Assembly (NCBI GenBank): GCA_040386535.1
Contig: JAZKFH010000037.1
Location: 1-10,329, forward strand
DNA: 10,329 nt
Source: Myxococcota bacterium
GTDB lineage: Bacteria; Myxococcota_A; UBA796; SXON01
Reading direction: 5' to 3'
The notes under the pieces were generated by a model, which made no database searches, was not told where the DNA came from, and worked only from the letters and a program-made list of their open reading frames with translations. A program made the position numbers and the translations under genes. Positions 6,136 to 10,329 of this stretch are shown piece after piece. Numbering within the stretch: position 1 is the first letter of the stretch; every line of letters starts with the position of its first letter.

Positions 6136-9100
6136 TCAAGCCAAGAGCACGCGCGCCCGGATCGCGGCCGCCTCCGCCACGAGAAGCTCGTCGGGCTCGT
6201 CGGCGCGCAAGGTGCGGGTGTCGACGCCCAGGGCGACCATCTGGTGCAGCACGTTTGCGCAGTCGGCGAAGAAGAGCGGCGCCGAGGGATCGCCGCGCAC
6301 CCAGCCGGCGAGCACCGGCACGAGCTCCTCGACGATCACGCGGGTGCGCTCGTCCGAGGGGAGCGTGCGCAGGTCGACCGGGTGCTCGCCCAGCACGCGG
6401 CGGGCGCCGCGGTGGAGTCCGCCGGGGAGCGGGCCCGTGCTCGCGGCGAGGTCGGCCAGCATGGCGGCGCACGCCTTCTGGCACACGTCGCGCGCGGAGC
6501 CCTTCGCCTCCTCGGGGGTGAGCCGCGGGGGCTCGCGCACGGTGCGGCCGGCGCCGTCGATCGCGCGGCCCTTCGGGAGGTAGCCGCGGGCGTCGAGGCG
6601 GGGCCACTCCGCGGGATCGACGGTCAGGTCGAGCGTGTCGGCGGCGGTGTACCGACGGGGCGACTCGGCGGCGGGGGGGACGGGGCCGAGGATGGGCTCG
6701 AGCGCCTCGGGGCCGGCCGTCCGCAGCGGGCTCGTGGCCCACTGGTTGTCGGCGTAGCCGTGGGCGTTCGCGACCACGAACGCGAACGAGCGACGCAGAA
6801 GGAGCACCACCGCGTCCAAACCGCCCACGAGCGCGGCGAGGCGCGGGAGCATCCGGGGGAGGGGCGGGACGGGGGGCGCGTCGTCACCGGCGCGGAGCGC
6901 GGCGAGGGCGGGCTGGCCCACGAGCCCGGCGTCGGCGAGGCGGAGCCAGGCGCGCAAGGGGTACAGCGCGGTGTGCGCTTCGAGCCAGGCGAGGGCGCCC
7001 GCGTCGAGCGGCACGGCGGCGTCGGCGGGGGGGAACCACGTGGTCTCGCCGGCCTTGGTCATCCGCCGCACGCTCGCGGCGGGGCTCGCGAGGCCGGGCA
7101 CGGGCGTGCCGAGGCGGCGGGGCCGGAGCGATTCGAGCGCGAGGATGTCGTCGAAGCCGACGTGGGCGCGGCCCTTGGAGGAGGCGACGGGCGCCGCGAT
7201 CGCGTCGGTGGGGTAGGGGTCTTCCGCCGCGGACAGTCGCGCGTCGAGCCGGTCGAAGATGCCGTCCAGCTCGGGGAGGACCCGGAGCTGCTCCTCCATC
7301 TGGAGCGCTTGCAGGAGCGCGTTGAGCGCGTCCGTGAACGTCGAGACCCGCACCGCGCCGCCCGCCTCCGACCCGCCTGCCTCCGACCCCACCGGCGCGT
7401 GCGCGGCCCACACGGGCGCCACCACCGGGCCGAGCACCGCGGCGAGCGCGCCGCCCTCGAAGTAGCCGCCGGCATCGAGGGGCTCGACCTCGATCGGCCT
7501 CTCCGCGGGCGCCGCCGCCCCGTCGAGGTCGACCGCGCGGTGAAGCAGCGCCGCGAGGCGCTTGACCCCCTCCACGCCGCCGCGGCCGTCGGTCGAGGTG
7601 GTGCCGAGCACGGAGCGTGCGATGTTGCGGCATCCCCAGGCGAACAGGTCGTCCGCGACCATGGAGACGTCGACCTGATCGGCGGCCACGGCCCGGGCGA
7701 ACAGCGAGGTGACGCACCCGAGGCTCTGGAGGCAGGCGGCGCCCGAGGCGTCGTCCACGCTGCGGGCCCACACGGTGGTGAGCGGCTCCTTCGCGGCGCT
7801 CTCGTCGAAGGCGGCGGTGCCCGCGGCGTAGGGGTACGACCGGAAGCGGCCGAGCAGCGCGGAGGTGCGCAGCAGCGCCTGCACCTGCGGGGTCCGGTCC
7901 GACCCGTTCGTCGGGGCGCCGAGCAGCACGGCCAGCGCGCCCGGGATCGCCTCGGCCATCTGCGGCGCGAAGGCGCTCGTGCCGGTGGCGAGCCAGCCGA
8001 TCGCGCGCTCCAGCTCCCGCACGGCGTCGGGCGTGGCCGGCCCGAGCAGCACCGGGATCGCCGCGTTGTACCAGTCCGTGCCCGTGTGGTAGGGCGCCGC
8101 CATCTGGCCGAGCTCCCCCCACATCAGCTCGCGCACGGCCGCCAGCGAGAACATCGCGCCCGTGTCGATCGGCATCCGGTCCACGTTCTGGCCGCCGGCC
8201 ATGATGTTGCCGCTGCTAAGATCGCTGCGATCGGCCACGAAGGGGATGGCGGCGAGGCCCTCGGTGAGCGGGCGCCCGGTGATCGGGCAGCGGTCCGCGG
8301 TCCAGGCGCCGGGGGCCTCGAAGGGGACACGGTCCCGCGGGTCCGCCTTGCGGGCCTGCCGGTCGCGACGGGCGCGGGACTCGGCGAGGAGCTTGTCGAC
8401 GTAGCGGTCCGCCGCGCGCGCCTTGCCGTCCCCCACCGACTTCGCCGTGCGGATGCGGGTGGAGAGGTGCGCCATCGTGTCGCCGGGATCGACCTGGGTG
8501 AGCTCGAGTTGCCCCTTGAGCTCGTCGATCGCGGGCTGCAACCACACGAGCCAGTGGTTGGGGTGCGACTCGTAGAACCCGAGCTCTTTGTCCAGGACCT
8601 CCTGTTCCAGCGCCTCGCGCGCCTCCCGGACCGCCCCCTTGAGCAGGCGCCGCGCGTTGTTCAGGGCGTTCAGCCGGCCCGCCCGCTCGCGCGGGGAGAG
8701 CCCCTCCTGGGAGACGACCGCGCGGATGGCGGCGGTGTTGGCCTCCACCGGCGCTGTCAGCGCCTCGATCCGCGCGACGGAGGCCGGGCTCGCCGTGAGC
8801 ATCGCGAGCACCGCGGCGCGCGTGCCGAGCAGGGCTTCGAGGGGCGCGAGGAGCAGGTTGAGGGCCGCCCGCGAGGACTCGCGCAGGTAGGGGTTGTCGG
8901 AGAGGCTGCGCGCGAGGATGCGGAAGACCTCCGGGCCGTCCCGATCGAGCGTCACGTCGCGCCGCGTGAGGGCCACCTCGCAGCGCATCACCATCCGGCG
9001 GCCGCCCGGCTTGGGGAGGAGGCGGCGCACGGTCACCCGGGCCGGCACGTCGAGCGCACCCTCGGGGTGCCACGTGACGAGCTGGTCGCCCTCGATCACG

Positions 9101-9879
9101 CTCCAGCACGGGAGCCCCGGCTGCACGGTCACCCGCTCGGACGCCGCCCCCTCGGCGATCGGCACGCGGGCCGCGTCGAACTCCTTCAGCAGGAGCACGC
9201 CCGGCGCCGCCGCCTCGGTCGAGAAGAGCAGGCGGTTGTCGAACTTCTCGGTGTCGCCCGTGAAGAACGCGAGGGCCTCGGGGCTGCCCGCCGACGCGAC
9301 GAGCACGTTGGCGGCGAGCAGGCAGGTGCAGCGCGACGTGATGCGGCGCATCGCCTCGTCGATCGCGCGCGTCAGCGGGCTGCTCGCGCCGTCGTTGAAG
9401 CCGCCGTCCGAGCTGTTGAGCACGACCAGCTCGACCTCACAGGCCGCGGCGTCGAACAGCTTGCCCAGTTGCGTGAGGAACGCCGGATGCGAGCGCGGAT
9501 TGGTGGTGCCGCGCGCCTGGTGCCCCGCCAGGACCTCCCGGCCGCGGCGCACCGCCTCCTCCGGCCCGTTCACCGTGCGCACGGAGCCCAGCCCGGTCGG
9601 CACGAGATTCTCCATGCGGCCGAGCCGGGCGCGGGCGGCCTCGCTCACGAGCACGTCGTAGAAGCTGTCGCTCTCGAAGCCATGCAGGATCACGACGTCG
9701 GCGCGCCCCCCGATGACCGCGGCCACCTTGTCGTAGGCGAGCACGTTCTGCTCGGTCCGCCCGCCCATCGATCCCGACTCGTCCGCGTTCACGAGCAGCA
9801 CCCGCAGCGAGTCCTCGATGCGCTCGAACGTGAAGGCGAGCGGGTCGGTGGAGCACGTGCCGAGGCGGAGATCGGGCAT
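6136..9879 (-). CDS. Large hypothetical protein (1247 aa) with N-terminal vWA (MIDAS) domain, central coiled coil and unassigned C-terminal region
   Basis: ATG at 9879 after AAGG. Hydrophobic strand plus DESGSM (nt 9766-9783), GTTNP (9496-9510) and VVLNSSDG (D at 9406-9408) give the DxSxS...T...D MIDAS layout. Helical heptad-like region at about 8350-8790. Strong GC3 bias throughout. The track's first 95 codons are Arg/Pro/Gly-rich and unlikely to be coding. Confidence 0.85.
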   Translation of the reverse strand: MPDLRLGTCSTDPLAFTFERIEDSLRVLLVNADESGSMGGRTEQNVLAYDKVAAVIGGRADVVILHGFESDSFYDVLVSEAARARLGRMENLVPTGLGSVRTVNGPEEAVRRGREVLAGHQARGTTNPRSHPAFLTQLGKLFDAAACEVELVVLNSSDGGFNDGASSPLTRAIDEAMRRITSRCTCLLAANVLVASAGSPEALAFFTGDTEKFDNRLLFSTEAAAPGVLLLKEFDAARVPIAEGAASERVTVQPGLPCWSVIEGDQLVTWHPEGALDVPARVTVRRLLPKPGGRRMVMRCEVALTRRDVTLDRDGPEVFRILARSLSDNPYLRESSRAALNLLLAPLEALLGTRAAVLAMLTASPASVARIEALTAPVEANTAAIRAVVSQEGLSPRERAGRLNALNNARRLLKGAVREAREALEQEVLDKELGFYESHPNHWLVWLQPAIDELKGQLELTQVDPGDTMAHLSTRIRTAKSVGDGKARAADRYVDKLLAESRARRDRQARKADPRDRVPFEAPGAWTADRCPITGRPLTEGLAAIPFVADRSDLSSGNIMAGGQNVDRMPIDTGAMFSLAAVRELMWGELGQMAAPYHTGTDWYNAAIPVLLGPATPDAVRELERAIGWLATGTSAFAPQMAEAIPGALAVLLGAPTNGSDRTPQVQALLRTSALLGRFRSYPYAAGTAAFDESAAKEPLTTVWARSVDDASGAACLQSLGCVTSLFARAVAADQVDVSMVADDLFAWGCRNIARSVLGTTSTDGRGGVEGVKRLAALLHRAVDLDGAAAPAERPIEVEPLDAGGYFEGGALAAVLGPVVAPVWAAHAPVGSEAGGSEAGGAVRVSTFTDALNALLQALQMEEQLRVLPELDGIFDRLDARLSAAEDPYPTDAIAAPVASSKGRAHVGFDDILALESLRPRRLGTPVPGLASPAASVRRMTKAGETTWFPPADAAVPLDAGALAWLEAHTALYPLRAWLRLADAGLVGQPALAALRAGDDAPPVPPLPRMLPRLAALVGGLDAVVLLLRRSFAFVVANAHGYADNQWATSPLRTAGPEALEPILGPVPPAAESPRRYTAADTLDLTVDPAEWPRLDARGYLPKGRAIDGAGRTVREPPRLTPEEAKGSARDVCQKACAAMLADLAASTGPLPGGLHRGARRVLGEHPVDLRTLPSDERTRVIVEELVPVLAGWVRGDPSAPLFFADCANVLHQMVALGVDTRTLRADEPDELLVAEAAAIRARVLLA

Positions 9880-10073
9880 GGCGGCCTTGGTTGGGGTCCC
9901 GATCCGTAGCGCGGGCGGGGGAGGGCGGCATCGAGGGCACGGCGGGGCGCCCCGCCGGGCGAGGACGCCCGACGGCGGTCGTCCTCCGGGCGCGCGCCGA
10001 AGGCGCTTGGTTCGCGCCGGCCCGTCCGGGCCCGGGCCGGCGCGGAACCGCCGGCGAGGCGCCGGCGCCCTCT

Positions 10074-10115
10074 GGCCGACCTGGCGCGGGCACCCTTCGG
10101 CCGACCTGGCGCGGG
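10074..10115. repeat. Perfect 17-bp direct repeat pair (GGCCGACCTGGCGCGGG), 25-bp period
   Basis: Copies at 10074-10090 and 10099-10115, about 200 nt upstream of the vWA gene start. Confidence 0.75.
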
Positions 10116-10183
10116 GCGGTACGCCGCCCACGGGGCCGCCTCCCGGCCATCCAGCGGGGGCCACCGAGTTCAGCGTGCGGGAG

Positions 10184-10329
10184 GCGCCGAACTGTCGGGA
10201 TGAGCGGCCATCCCCCGAGTTCGGCGCCCTGGACGCGCCGAACTGACGGGATGAGCGGCCATCCCCCGAGTTCGGCGCGCTGGACGCGCCGAACTGACGG
10301 GATGAGCGGCCATCCCCCGAGTTCGGCGC
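10184..10329. repeat. Tandem array of 51-bp units, each a 44-bp hairpin plus a 7-bp linker (REP/BIME-like); truncated by the window end
   Basis: Units start at 10184, 10235 and 10286: GCGCCGAACT-gwc-GGGATG-agcggc-CATCCC-ccg-AGTTCGGCGC plus linker (c/g)ctggac. A degenerate partial copy lies at about 10144-10183 (cggccatcc...ccgagttcagcg). Confidence 0.92.

Noticed and set aside
6244..9909. 1221-aa ORF on the + strand
   Set aside because: Antisense shadow of the vWA gene. Its Arg/Gly/His-rich composition is typical of high-GC non-coding frames, and it has no motifs.
10184..10329. CRISPR array or integron attC sites (GCCGAAC...GTTCGGC resembles RYYYAAC...GTTRRRY)
   Set aside because: Linkers are 7 bp and near-constant, so there are no spacers or cassettes. 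The 44-bp hairpin is shorter than known attC sites, deviates from the core consensus, and no integrase is present.

Overview
High-GC bacterial window with two halves. Left (1-3178): a DUF4287 protein, an AlkZ/HTH_42-family DNA glycosylase carrying the variant H-A-T-D catalytic motif, and, divergently, a TetR-family regulator plus a PhnB-like VOC protein. The 119-bp divergent gap holds a near-perfect 26-bp palindrome, a second overlapping inverted repeat and a probable leaderless promoter. Middle (3179-3855): non-coding, with two copies of a 54-bp palindrome showing a compensatory base-pair change and an 11-bp triple direct repeat. Right (3856-10329): a 7-repeat beta-propeller lipoprotein, two small uncharacterised lipoproteins, apparent gene remnants, a 1247-aa protein with an N-terminal vWA/MIDAS domain and a long unassigned remainder, and a 51-bp-period array of hairpin repeats running off the window end. 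No rRNA, tRNA, transposase, integrase or true CRISPR array was recognised. The best candidates for new biology are a putative inducible genotoxin-defence module (glycosylase, TetR, VOC), the large vWA protein, and two families of long palindromic repeats. Family assignments come from motif recognition only; no searches were run.
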